A DNA stretch of 64,000 bases from Hyphomonadaceae bacterium (GCA_024742355.1 JANSYM010000003.1:75351-139350); one strand, 5' to 3'; shown: positions 45,785 through 54,964, counted from the stretch's first letter. Notes: a model not told the origin generated them from the letters alone. Program-made: numbers and translations.

Positions 45785-46120
45785 ATGCGTGAGATCAAGT
45801 TTCGTGGCCGGTCAGGAAAGGCCTATTCTTTCATTCGGATGGCGCCCACTGCGCCCTGGGCCCGCGAATCTGGGGTGGCGCTGTTTGCGGCGCAAGGTCC
45901 ATTTGGCTGGCGTGTGGTGCGGCTGACAACGCTGCGCGGCCGTTTGCATGATGTGCAACCGATCTGGGCCTGGGCAGATGCAGAGCGGTATGGCGCGCGG
46001 ACCGTCTTTATCATGCGGGAAACCGACCCGTCCGATCGCGCATCGGCATTAGCGGACCTGGAAGCCGGTCTCAATCCCGTGCTCGAGCAGCCGCAAGCCG
46101 ACCTCGCCCTCGCCGCCTAA
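45785..46120 (+). CDS. Small hypothetical protein, possibly a degenerate GIY-YIG-like fold
   Basis: 111 aa; strong RBS; SGVALF...RGRLH...ALADLEAGLNPVL. Confidence 0.75.
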   Translation: MREIKFRGRSGKAYSFIRMAPTAPWARESGVALFAAQGPFGWRVVRLTTLRGRLHDVQPIWAWADAERYGARTVFIMRETDPSDRASALADLEAGLNPVLEQPQADLALAA

Positions 46121-47874
46121 TTGGCCAGGCGCGCGCCGTACCAGGCTTCGATATCGGTTTCGATGAAGGGCAGGGGGCGCGGGCCGGGTTGGATCAACGT
46201 GCGTTGGAAATCGGATTCTGAAAAGCGTTCTCCCAGAACCGCGCGCGCGCGTTCTGCCAGGGTCTCAAATCTGTGATAGGCCGCCGCCACCGATGTGTGA
46301 AAGCCGGGGCGCGCCATGATGCGAAGCGCAAGCTGCCGCGCCAGCGGCTCGCTCAGTCCCGCATTTTCTGAAATATAGCTCGTTGCTTCCGGCAAAGACC
46401 AGCGATCCAGATGAAGCCCGGTATCGGCGGCTGCCAGGGTCGAATGCATCAGTTTGATGGACGCGCGTGCCGCCTGGTCCAGCGGCGGCAAAGACGTGTT
46501 CTGGTAACTGTTTTGCCAGACATAGAGGCGCCAGGCCTCATCAATCGCTGCATAGGCCGTGATTGTCCGATAATCCGGCAGCTCGCCGTCGCCTTCCGTG
46601 CGCCAGGTCAGATAAGGCTGAGATTGCCACAGCGATTGGTACGTCGTCAGCGCGTCGGCTTGTGCTGCAAAGCTGGGGACGTCTTGAACCAACGCCCAGA
46701 CCGTCACAGGCGCAAGGTCACGAATGATATTGGCTTCTGGTTCCGTCATATCGTCGATCGGATCGACCGCGTCCGGGGATTGGACTTGCTGTTCAAACCA
46801 GCTCAAATGCTGACCCAGGTCTTCCGGCGGCTCGATGGGCTCTGCGGGCGGCGTCACTTCATCTGCGATGGGAAGCACCAACAGGCCGCGCACCGCTGCT
46901 GATTGCGTGGCGACATCGACCAGGTTTCGCGCATGCAGGCGGTCGCTGTTCATGGCCTCGCCCGTCGATGCTCTGAGAATGCCGACAAACAGATCCTGCC
47001 CCTTCGGCTGCGCCCAGACACCGGCCTGGTCAGACGCGGTGTCTGAATTCTCTGCGAGCGTCGCCGACAAATCTTGCAGGGCCGGTCGCAAACGCTCTGA
47101 GACTTCGCGCTGAACAACGATGATCAATTGATCGCGTTGCGCAGGCTCGAGGTCCGGCAGGTCGAGGGTCAAGGCTGCGAATGTCGCCGACAGCAGGTCG
47201 AGTGCCGAAGGGTCGTCGGATGTCAAAAGGTCCAATCGTTGCCGGGTTTCGTCCGCCAGCGCTCGCGGCAGATCGAGACCGGCGGCGCGGTCTGCAATCA
47301 GGCGTCGACGGGTGTCTTCCACCGCGGCACTCAGACTCTGCAAACGTGCAATATAGGCGGCCGCCTGGTCGATACTGTTGATCGACTGCTGATAGGCCAG
47401 CAGATTGGGCCCCTCGACCCAGATGCCGGAATAGGGGTCCACGGCGTACGGACGCTGCGCGACATAATCGAACCGGCCATAGCCCAGCTGCTCCAGCGCG
47501 ATCAGATCGACAATCGCGGCTTCAGCGATGGCAAGATCACGCGTCAGAGGATGGCTGTCGGCCAGACGCGGGCGCTGGCGCAGGCGCTGCAATAGCTCGA
47601 TGCGCACCAGTCGTCGTCGCTCGAACCCAGCCTGGGAATGATTGTCGAGCGCATAGATGGCGGAGGGGCCAAGATACGCCTCCATATCGAGGCGGCTCGC
47701 TGTCTCCGGCGACAATGAGAGCTCTGTACGCAGGAAGTCGCCGGCAATCGCTTGCGATTGCGTAATCGCGCGGCGCGCTGATCGCGATCCGTCTTCGCTT
47801 TGGCTGCACGCCGCCGGCGTCATCAGCGAAGCCGCTGTCAGCATTGAGAATGCGAGAATCTGAGCCCGTTTCAT
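46117..47874 (-). CDS. DUF885-like lipoprotein, degenerate
   Basis: Start MKRAQILAFSM...PAAC; SPETAS.L and ID.GLH.D.WS resemble DUF885; no HExxPGH motif. Confidence 0.7.
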   Translation of the reverse strand: MKRAQILAFSMLTAASLMTPAACSQSEDGSRSARRAITQSQAIAGDFLRTELSLSPETASRLDMEAYLGPSAIYALDNHSQAGFERRRLVRIELLQRLRQRPRLADSHPLTRDLAIAEAAIVDLIALEQLGYGRFDYVAQRPYAVDPYSGIWVEGPNLLAYQQSINSIDQAAAYIARLQSLSAAVEDTRRRLIADRAAGLDLPRALADETRQRLDLLTSDDPSALDLLSATFAALTLDLPDLEPAQRDQLIIVVQREVSERLRPALQDLSATLAENSDTASDQAGVWAQPKGQDLFVGILRASTGEAMNSDRLHARNLVDVATQSAAVRGLLVLPIADEVTPPAEPIEPPEDLGQHLSWFEQQVQSPDAVDPIDDMTEPEANIIRDLAPVTVWALVQDVPSFAAQADALTTYQSLWQSQPYLTWRTEGDGELPDYRTITAYAAIDEAWRLYVWQNSYQNTSLPPLDQAARASIKLMHSTLAAADTGLHLDRWSLPEATSYISENAGLSEPLARQLALRIMARPGFHTSVAAAYHRFETLAERARAVLGERFSESDFQRTLIQPGPRPLPFIETDIEAWYGARLAN

Positions 47875-48006
47875 GGCTTCAGATAAGCGCGATTTGTGCA
47901 AAGAAGTATGAAACATCTGCAATTGCTGCATTCCTTGCCACTCTTCCTGTTGTCGGCCTTGGTCATTTCCGTTACACCCCGCCAGTCTTACCAAGCGGAG
48001 TGACCC

Positions 48007-48822
48007 GTGGAAAATACCCCGAACACACAAAATCCTGAACTGACCGGAAACGTTCTGTTCTACAAGAACCCTCAACCTCTGAACCCGGAACAGCATGCTG
48101 GTTTGGGTGTAAAGCAGATCGATGATCCCTTCGGTTTCCTGCGCACCGCACACGCCGTTCCTGTAACCGTCACCGAATTCGGCATGACCGCGACGGCTTA
48201 TCCGATCATCTTTGTCGGCGAAGAGTTTACGCCGATTGCGGCGATGGGCGTGCGCCAAGGCGAGAACCTGTTCGTTCGCGACGATGGCCAGACGGAGCCG
48301 GATTATTACATCCCGGCCTTCGTACGCCGCTATCCGTTCGTGTTTGCCAATGACAATAATAGCGAACGTCTGTTGCTCTGCGTCGACCGCGATGCGCCGA
48401 TGGTGACCAACCAACCGGAAGTGCCATTGTTCGAAAATGGCGAGCCGAGCGAGTTCACGCAGAACGCAATCGAATTCTGTCAGGAGTTCGAACGCCAACG
48501 CCGCGCCACGGAAGATTTCGTCAAGATCGTTCGCGGCATGGGCCTGTTCGAGCAAAAGACCGTGGCGTTCCAGCCGCGCGATCCGCAAGGCAATCCGGTT
48601 GGTGAACAACAAAAGATCGCTGATTACTGGGCGATTGATGAGAACAAGCTGGCTGAACTGTCGCCAGAACAGTTTGCCGAGCTGCGCACCAATGGTGCTC
48701 TTGGTGCGATCTATGCGCACCTGATCTCGCTGCTCAACTGGCAACGCATCATTCAGCGTGCCCTGGCAAAATCTCAGGCACAGGCGACTGCCGCTCCAGC
48801 GGCTGAGGCGCCAATCGCCTAA
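48007..48822 (+). CDS. SapC family protein
   Basis: VTEF..TATAYPIIF, YIPAFVRRYPF and AIYAHLISL motifs. Confidence 0.88.
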   Translation: MENTPNTQNPELTGNVLFYKNPQPLNPEQHAGLGVKQIDDPFGFLRTAHAVPVTVTEFGMTATAYPIIFVGEEFTPIAAMGVRQGENLFVRDDGQTEPDYYIPAFVRRYPFVFANDNNSERLLLCVDRDAPMVTNQPEVPLFENGEPSEFTQNAIEFCQEFERQRRATEDFVKIVRGMGLFEQKTVAFQPRDPQGNPVGEQQKIADYWAIDENKLAELSPEQFAELRTNGALGAIYAHLISLLNWQRIIQRALAKSQAQATAAPAAEAPIA

Positions 48823-48843
48823 GGTCTGAGCGATAAAAGCTTC

Positions 48844-48874
48844 AAGAAGGCGACGCACACGCGTCGCCTTTTTT
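48844..48874 (+). terminator. Rho-independent terminator
   Basis: AAGGCGACGC-ACAC-GCGTCGCCTTTTTT. Confidence 0.88.
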
Positions 48875-48977
48875 ATTGCGATATGAGCGCGACACCGCGG
48901 TCACATATTCGCGAGGTGGTTTTACTGTTAAGCAGGGTTCGATATGCAGCCCGCAACACAGACACTTGGAATACTGC

Positions 48978-51254
48978 ATGGCCCTTCTTCGCATTGCGTT
49001 TCTTAGCCTTATTGCCGTTCTGGCCGCATGGCTTCCAGCCCTCAGCCAGCCCGTCGATGGCGGACATGCCCGCGTCGAGCTGGTCAGCGAGCGCGCCCTG
49101 GCCGTTCCCGGCGAAACGGTCTGGTTCGGCCTGTCATTCGAGATCGATCCCAATTGGCACATTTACTGGCGCAATGCAGGCGATGCCGGGATTCCGCCGG
49201 AAATCACCTGGCGCGACGTGGGTGGGGTCGCGGCAGAGCAGGTTGGCGGATTTGCCTGGCCGCTGCCGGAGCTGCTGCCTGTCGTTCCCGGCCAGATCAT
49301 GGATTATGGCTATTCCGACCAGGTTGTTCTGCCCTTCATGGTGACGTTGCCGGACGATGCAGAAGGCCCGCTCTTGTTCGAAGGCGTCGCGGACTATCTG
49401 ATTTGCGAGGATGTCTGCATTCCCGAGAGTGCTGACATCCGCCTCTTATTGTCGGTTGGCGGCGCCCAGATTCCCGACCAGTACGGTTCCGACCTGATCC
49501 AGGCTTCCCTGGCGAGCGTGCCGCCTGAATTCTCTGGTGACGCGCGCCTGTCTGATGCCGGCGATGCCTGGGTTCTCTCCGTCGACAGCCCTGAATTGTC
49601 CGGCCTGCAGGGCAATGCGCGCTTCTTTCCATACAATCACGAAATCAAGCATGCGGCCGATCAGGCCGCGAGTTTCGGCCCCGAAGGGTTGCAGCTGCGT
49701 CTGACCCCTGACCGTGAGGGCGATCCGCTTCCCGAAACGATTGCCGGTGTGGTCAAGGTTGGCGAGACCGCGGTGGCGATTTCGGCGGACGCAGGTCCGG
49801 TCCTGCCCGGCACCAGCAGAGCGGGCGGCTTTTCGACCCAGGCCAGCGGCGCGGCAACCAGTTTGCCCGTTTTGATGGCGTTTGCGCTGATTGGCGGTTT
49901 GATCCTCAATCTCATGCCCTGCGTGCTGCCGGTCTTGTCGATCAAGGCAATGGGCGTGGTCTCGGCGAGCGCCAGTGGCCATGAACGCGAGGCGCGCGCG
50001 CACGGCTTGTGGTACGCAGCTGGCGTCCTGGCCAGTTTTGGCGCCCTGGCGGCGGCGGTGCTCAGCGTCCGCGCCGCGACCGGGGTGGCGATCTGGGGCT
50101 TCTGGCTGCAAAATCCGATCCTGGTCACGGCCCTGATCCTGATCATCTTCCTGATCGGTCTGTGGCTGCTCGGCATGTTCGAACTGGGCACCTCGGTCCA
50201 GGCCGTCGGATCAGACCTGGCGGCCAAACAGGGCAGCGCTGGCGCATTCTTCACCGGCGTTCTCGCAGCTGTTGTCGGCGCGCCATGTACCGGACCCTTT
50301 CTCGGCGCGGCGCTAGGAGCCGTGATGCTGCAGCCATCGATCAATGTCGTGCTCGTCTTGCTGACCATGGGCCTCGGCATGGCCTTGCCTTTCCTGGCGC
50401 TGAGTTTCCTGCCAGGGCTGCAGAAAATGATCCCCAAGCCTGGCGCCTGGATGGAGACACTGAAACAAGTCTTTGCGTTCCCGATGTTCCTCACTGCGGC
50501 CTGGCTGCTGTCTGTGTTGGGCGCGCAGGCCGGAAACCGAATGGTGGCCATGGTGGTCGCGGGTGCTGCGCTGATCGCGTTTGGAATTTGGGCGTTAAAA
50601 GCAGCCGGACAGGGTGCAAAGTCAATTCTTCTCTCCATTCTTGGGCTTGCCGTGATTGTCCCGGCGTTCGGGCTGATCACCGCGATGAGTGGTCCTCAAG
50701 TGGACGTAAGCGGCGCTGTATTCAGCATGCTCTGGATCGTTGCCTTAGTTGTCGCATTCGTTGGTGTCGCGCAGTCGAGCGCAAATGTGTCTGCGCAGAC
50801 GGCCCGCGGCTTGGCGGGTCTCGCGATCATTGCCGGGTTGGTCTGGCCGCTCGCGCAGGCGCGAACCGCACTAACGACAGAACGCCCGAGCACCGCCTAT
50901 GCCGCAAAATACGAAACCGAGGCCTGGTCGCCGGAACGGGTCGCCGAGCTGACCTCCGAAGGTCGCGCAGTGTTCGTCGATTTCACGGCTGAATGGTGCG
51001 TGACGTGCCAGGCCAATAAGTTGCAGACCCTGCAGACCCGGCCCGTCACAGAAGCCTTCGCCGCCGGCAATGTCGCCTTCCTGGTGGCCGACTTCACCAA
51101 TGGCGACAAGACCATCGCCCTTGAGCTGCAAAAACACAATCGCGCCGGGGTTCCGATGTATCTCTGGTACGCGCCGGGCGAGACCCAGCCTCACGTCCTC
51201 CCGGAATTGTTATCTATCGATCTTGTAACAGGACTTGTCGACGGCGCGGGTTAG
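48978..51254 (+). CDS. dsbD: Protein-disulfide reductase DsbD/ScsB family
   Basis: WHIYWRN.GD.G, ICEDVCIP, LMPCVLP, APCTGPFLG and DFTAEWCVTC motifs. Confidence 0.9.
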   Translation: MALLRIAFLSLIAVLAAWLPALSQPVDGGHARVELVSERALAVPGETVWFGLSFEIDPNWHIYWRNAGDAGIPPEITWRDVGGVAAEQVGGFAWPLPELLPVVPGQIMDYGYSDQVVLPFMVTLPDDAEGPLLFEGVADYLICEDVCIPESADIRLLLSVGGAQIPDQYGSDLIQASLASVPPEFSGDARLSDAGDAWVLSVDSPELSGLQGNARFFPYNHEIKHAADQAASFGPEGLQLRLTPDREGDPLPETIAGVVKVGETAVAISADAGPVLPGTSRAGGFSTQASGAATSLPVLMAFALIGGLILNLMPCVLPVLSIKAMGVVSASASGHEREARAHGLWYAAGVLASFGALAAAVLSVRAATGVAIWGFWLQNPILVTALILIIFLIGLWLLGMFELGTSVQAVGSDLAAKQGSAGAFFTGVLAAVVGAPCTGPFLGAALGAVMLQPSINVVLVLLTMGLGMALPFLALSFLPGLQKMIPKPGAWMETLKQVFAFPMFLTAAWLLSVLGAQAGNRMVAMVVAGAALIAFGIWALKAAGQGAKSILLSILGLAVIVPAFGLITAMSGPQVDVSGAVFSMLWIVALVVAFVGVAQSSANVSAQTARGLAGLAIIAGLVWPLAQARTALTTERPSTAYAAKYETEAWSPERVAELTSEGRAVFVDFTAEWCVTCQANKLQTLQTRPVTEAFAAGNVAFLVADFTNGDKTIALELQKHNRAGVPMYLWYAPGETQPHVLPELLSIDLVTGLVDGAG

Positions 51255-51297
51255 AGTAGGTTACAGCTGTAGCTGGATCAATCTGGGAGCCTTATCC

Positions 51298-51945
51298 ATG
51301 ACGAGTTTTACACGCCGCAATCTCGGCCTCGCGGCGGGCATGGCCACTGCCGTCGCGCTGACCGCTGGCGCAATGATCGCCTTCTCCGCCAATGCGACAC
51401 CGATTACGGGCGAGGCGGCCCCGGGGTTCACCAACGCTGTGACCGCCACCGGTGACACGATCTCGCTGTCTGATTTTGCTGGGCAGACCGTGGTCATGGA
51501 ATGGACCAATCATGACTGCCCGTTCGTGAAGAAGCACTATGCCGAGCCGGTGACCAATATGCAGACCCTGCAGTCTGAGGCGACGGCCGGTGGCACCGTC
51601 TGGATCCAGGTCATTTCCTCGGCGCCGGGCAAGCAGGGCTATCTCGAGGCCGAGGCCGCGCTGGCCAAGAATACAGAGCGCGGGGCCGCGCCGACTTACA
51701 CCATTCTCGATCCGAGCGGCGATATTGGCCGGGCATATGATGCTAAGACGACGCCGCACATGTACGTCATCGAAGGCGATGGCGAGCTTGCCTATGAAGG
51801 CGCGATCGACTCGATCCGCTCCGCCCGCGTCAGCGACATTGGCAAGGCCACCAATTATGTCACGGCCGCGCTCACGGCTGTCACCGCAGGCGCAACGCCA
51901 GACGTGACCAGCTCCAAGCCTTATGGCTGCTCTGTGAAATATTAG
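51298..51945 (+). CDS. Exported redoxin (AhpC/TSA, peroxiredoxin-like)
   Basis: TRRNL signal; EWTNHDCPFV, YDAKTTPHMY and PYGCSVKY motifs. Confidence 0.85.
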   Translation: MTSFTRRNLGLAAGMATAVALTAGAMIAFSANATPITGEAAPGFTNAVTATGDTISLSDFAGQTVVMEWTNHDCPFVKKHYAEPVTNMQTLQSEATAGGTVWIQVISSAPGKQGYLEAEAALAKNTERGAAPTYTILDPSGDIGRAYDAKTTPHMYVIEGDGELAYEGAIDSIRSARVSDIGKATNYVTAALTAVTAGATPDVTSSKPYGCSVKY

Positions 51946-51970
51946 AGCCGGGCGCCCGAACCTGCACCAA

Positions 51971-51998
51971 GCCGCTCTGGTCTCCGGAGCGGCATTTT
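51971..51998 (+). terminator. Probable terminator
   Basis: GCCGCTC...GAGCGGC stem followed by ATTTT. Confidence 0.6.
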
Positions 51999-52052
51999 GT
52001 TGTTGCGCCGGACACATCGCGACATGGCCGGTTCGCCAAGTTGATTGGTGAA

Positions 52053-52077
52053 TGGTGGTTCGGGGGAGACTTGAACT
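52053..52077 (-). other. tRNA 3'-end duplication (att site)
   Basis: Minus strand reads AG-TTCAAGT-CTCCC-CCGAACC-A-CCA: T-loop, 3' T-stem, 7-nt acceptor strand, discriminator, CCA; no pairing 5' half upstream. Confidence 0.8.
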
Positions 52078-52126
52078 TGCGATTAGATCCCGTTTCATAT
52101 AGCCCTTCAGCATAAGAAGCTAATCT

Positions 52127-52149
52127 GGTCCCGCCTTCGGTCCCGCCTT
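52127..52149. repeat. Tandem 11-bp direct repeat, possible integrase arm-type sites
   Basis: GGTCCCGCCTT at 52127-52137 and 52139-52149, 50 nt inside the att core. Confidence 0.55.
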
Positions 52150-52282
52150 ATCGCAACTCCTTTTGGGAATTTCAAACCGCGCTCGTCGCGTTGGAATATG
52201 CGGGGCCGGTCGAAGCGCCAATCAAATTCTCTCAGAGCAATTTATATCAAGATGACCGTGTGCCTGTGCGATCTGCAATGGT

Positions 52283-52296
52283 TTGACCCAGATCAA
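52283..52296. promoter_or_regulatory. FNR/FixK-type box
   Basis: TTGAC-CCAG-ATCAA (one mismatch), 64 nt upstream of the cytochrome c gene. Confidence 0.65.
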
Positions 52297-52360
52297 TGCA
52301 TTTGATGTCATGTCGAGACACCCTGAAGCGCATCGAGCTTTGATCGTTGAGGGTAGTTTC

Positions 52361-52831
52361 ATGATACGTTTTGCAAATTTGGGCCTCATTACAATGTTTG
52401 GGGTGGTAGGTCTCATTCCTGTTCTTTCCGCTTGCGAGCGACCACAATCTGCCGGTTTCACATTGCCCGAAGGCGATTCCGAACGCGGCAAAGAGACCTT
52501 CATGGATCTTGGTTGCACGTTCTGTCACACCGTCGATGGAGTGGAAGGCCTGCGCACCGATATGCCGGAGCCTGCACGGACAATCGTCCTCGGTGGAGAA
52601 AAGTCGCGCGTGTACACGTATGGTGAGCTCGTAACTTCGATCATCAATCCGTCTCACAAGATTTCTCAACCGGAGTTGGATGATGTTGTGGATGCTGAGG
52701 GCAAGTCTCAAATGGTCGTCTACAATGACATTATGACCGTTACTGAGATGACGGACCTGGTGACGTTTCTCGAGGCAAACTACTCTCTGGAACCTTATCG
52801 CCCTTCAGCCTATCCAGCCTATGGTCCTTGA
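52361..52831 (+). CDS. Monoheme cytochrome c lipoprotein
   Basis: Lipobox LSAC; CTFCH; SIINPSH; distal QMVVYND. Confidence 0.85.
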   Translation: MIRFANLGLITMFGVVGLIPVLSACERPQSAGFTLPEGDSERGKETFMDLGCTFCHTVDGVEGLRTDMPEPARTIVLGGEKSRVYTYGELVTSIINPSHKISQPELDDVVDAEGKSQMVVYNDIMTVTEMTDLVTFLEANYSLEPYRPSAYPAYGP

Positions 52832-52884
52832 AAAGATGACGGAGCCGCAAATCGATTGAGACGTCTGATGGGAAGGTTAATCGC

Positions 52885-53412
52885 ATGAAGCTGTTCGTGG
52901 GGTATGCATCTAAAGAAGGCCAATCGCGCAAGATTGCCCGACACATTGCGGATTTTGCATTTGATACCGGGCATTCAGTGGAATTGCAGGCTGTGGCGGA
53001 CGATAGCGGGGTCGAGCTTTCTCGCTTCGATGCTGTCATTCTCGCGGCGCCTATTCATACTGGCCATTATCCGAAACCGTTCGCTCAGTTTGTGTCCGTG
53101 CATGCTGACACGTTGAACACGGCGCAAGCGCGGTTCGTTTCGGTGTCTCTGGCTGCGGCTGGACATGATGCTGAGGATTGGCGGAGTCTGGAGCACATAG
53201 CGGATGACTTCAAACAAGCGACAGGATGGAGTCCGACCGACACAAAACACGTCGCAGGAGCCTATATGCCCTCCAGGTACGATATCCTGACCCGTTTCAT
53301 CATGCGCCGGATCGTGTCCCAAAAGGACCCGGAAGCCAATCTGGGAGAGGACAAGGAATATACTGATTGGGGCGATCTTAACGCATGGATCAATAGCTGG
53401 CTCAATCCGTAA
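52885..53412 (+). CDS. HemG-like flavodoxin (possible protoporphyrinogen oxidase)
   Basis: YASKEGQSRKIA, APIHTGHY, FVSVSLAA, VAGAY..SRY..L.RFIMRRI and EYTDW motifs. Confidence 0.82.
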   Translation: MKLFVGYASKEGQSRKIARHIADFAFDTGHSVELQAVADDSGVELSRFDAVILAAPIHTGHYPKPFAQFVSVHADTLNTAQARFVSVSLAAAGHDAEDWRSLEHIADDFKQATGWSPTDTKHVAGAYMPSRYDILTRFIMRRIVSQKDPEANLGEDKEYTDWGDLNAWINSWLNP

Positions 53413-53415
53413 GGG

Positions 53416-54645
53416 TCAGATGAGGCCGAACGAAAACAGTGCGACGCAGGTCACGAGCCCGGTGACTGGAACAAAAATCGGAACTTGAAACCCAATCGCT
53501 GTTCTCTGTTCGCGCCGCTTCAGAAAAATCAATGACAGGTTCACGATCGCGAATATAGCCAATGCGACTTGGGACGTAAGTTCTGCGAGGCGTTCGATGG
53601 CTACAAACAGGCTGAGCGCAAGGACAATCGCGGCGACCAGGATGGTAGCCACCAGAGGGGTCTTGGTTTGCGGGTGAATGTAGCCGAGTTGGGCCGGTAA
53701 TTGGTTCTGTTTAGATAGACCATATATCACGCGTGAAGACATGATCATCTGAATGAGAACGCCATTCAGGGTCGCGACAGACGCGATCAAATTAAACCCG
53801 CCTCGCAGAGCGGGCGAAGCGTCCGTGAACATCAGGTTCAAAGGTGCCGCAGATTGCGATAGTGCGTCGATTGGTACGATCAAAACGACCACAGAAACGA
53901 CAGCAAGATAGAGCAATGTTGCCAGAACCAGCGTCCAGATAATTGCGCGTGGCATGTTGCGATCGGGGTTGATCGCCTCTTCAGCAATGTTGGCTAGGTC
54001 TTCAAATCCGACAAACGCAAAGAAGGCGAGCAGGCTGGCGGCGCCGATACCTAACCATACCTGGCCCTCCAGCGGCGGAACAAGCCGGTCGAGCTGCAGC
54101 AGGATTTCGGGATTTCCGCCTAGTCCATACATAAGTACGAGAAGCAATCCGATGATTTCCAGAACTGTGAACACCGCCGCCATCGTCACAGATTCCAAAA
54201 CGCCTAATATGGCGACGCCACCCAATACAAAAGCAATGAGGAAGGTCAGAATGCGCGAATCAACGCTTGTCAGATCCTGCAAGTAAGCACTCGCGCCGAC
54301 CATGATCGCCGATGAGGAAATGATCCCGACCGAAGCCACCAGCAAGCCGACCAATAAGGCAATCCGTTTTGATCGAAGGCCCGCGTCGACATAGGCAGCC
54401 TCTCCGGCGCTTACCGGAAATCTGGCACTGAGTTCAGCATAGGAAAATCCGGTGAACGAAACCACGATCGCAGCCGCCAGGAATGCAACGGGTGCGTAAG
54501 TACCAGCGTGCGCGGCGGTCGTGCCGACCAACACGTAGATTCCCGCTCCAACGGTGACTCCAAGACCGTACAGAATGAGCAAGGGGAGAGTCAGGCGACG
54601 GCTTAGGTGTGGTTCGGTTGAGTTGGGGGTTTGGGGTGTCGACAT
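53416..54645 (-). CDS. APC family amino acid permease
   Basis: LYGLGVTVGAGIY, YAELSARFP..AGEAAY and FAFVGFED motifs; about 12 TM helices. Confidence 0.9.
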   Translation of the reverse strand: MSTPQTPNSTEPHLSRRLTLPLLILYGLGVTVGAGIYVLVGTTAAHAGTYAPVAFLAAAIVVSFTGFSYAELSARFPVSAGEAAYVDAGLRSKRIALLVGLLVASVGIISSSAIMVGASAYLQDLTSVDSRILTFLIAFVLGGVAILGVLESVTMAAVFTVLEIIGLLLVLMYGLGGNPEILLQLDRLVPPLEGQVWLGIGAASLLAFFAFVGFEDLANIAEEAINPDRNMPRAIIWTLVLATLLYLAVVSVVVLIVPIDALSQSAAPLNLMFTDASPALRGGFNLIASVATLNGVLIQMIMSSRVIYGLSKQNQLPAQLGYIHPQTKTPLVATILVAAIVLALSLFVAIERLAELTSQVALAIFAIVNLSLIFLKRREQRTAIGFQVPIFVPVTGLVTCVALFSFGLI

Positions 54646-54701
54646 CTGCTTTCATCCATTGGCCTGAAGGATTGTCATCGGATGCGACGGCAATTGCGTC
54701 A

Positions 54702-54736
54702 TTGATGCGCATCAAATTCGAATTGATGTCGATCAA
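54702..54736. promoter_or_regulatory. Two perfect tandem FNR/FixK-type boxes
   Basis: TTGAT-GCGC-ATCAA (54702-54715) and TTGAT-GTCG-ATCAA (54723-54736). Confidence 0.8.
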
Positions 54737-54964
54737 AACCGTTGGCCCTGTGTGCTCTAGGTTAGATGTGTTGCTGTGAAATATCGTGGCTATTCCTGCG
54801 TCCTTCTTACGCAATCATGGGGTTCGCTCCATCACGGTGGCTTGCAGGCAACACAGGCGCACGTGGCGGATTGGTGCACGAAGCAAGCGAATCCCACCAG
54901 CTCGCCGCGTGCCGCTCTGGTGACGTGTGTTTTGGATGCGGAGTGCAATCCCATCGAGGCGAAA

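Noticed and set aside
47875-48858. 913-aa ORF 46117-48858 as one protein
   Set aside because: The N-terminal 328 codons are antisense to sapC. The lipoprotein signal begins at the ATG at 47874.
52053-52130. Complete tRNA gene on the minus strand
   Set aside because: Only the last 25 nt fit. The 5' T-stem does not pair, and no anticodon arm, D arm or GGTTCGG acceptor 5' strand is present upstream.
54776-54964. Extended N-terminus for DUF2267, or the 72-aa ORF 54766-54984
   Set aside because: The family signature starts at MSVTG (54965). The upstream translation has no recognisable features.
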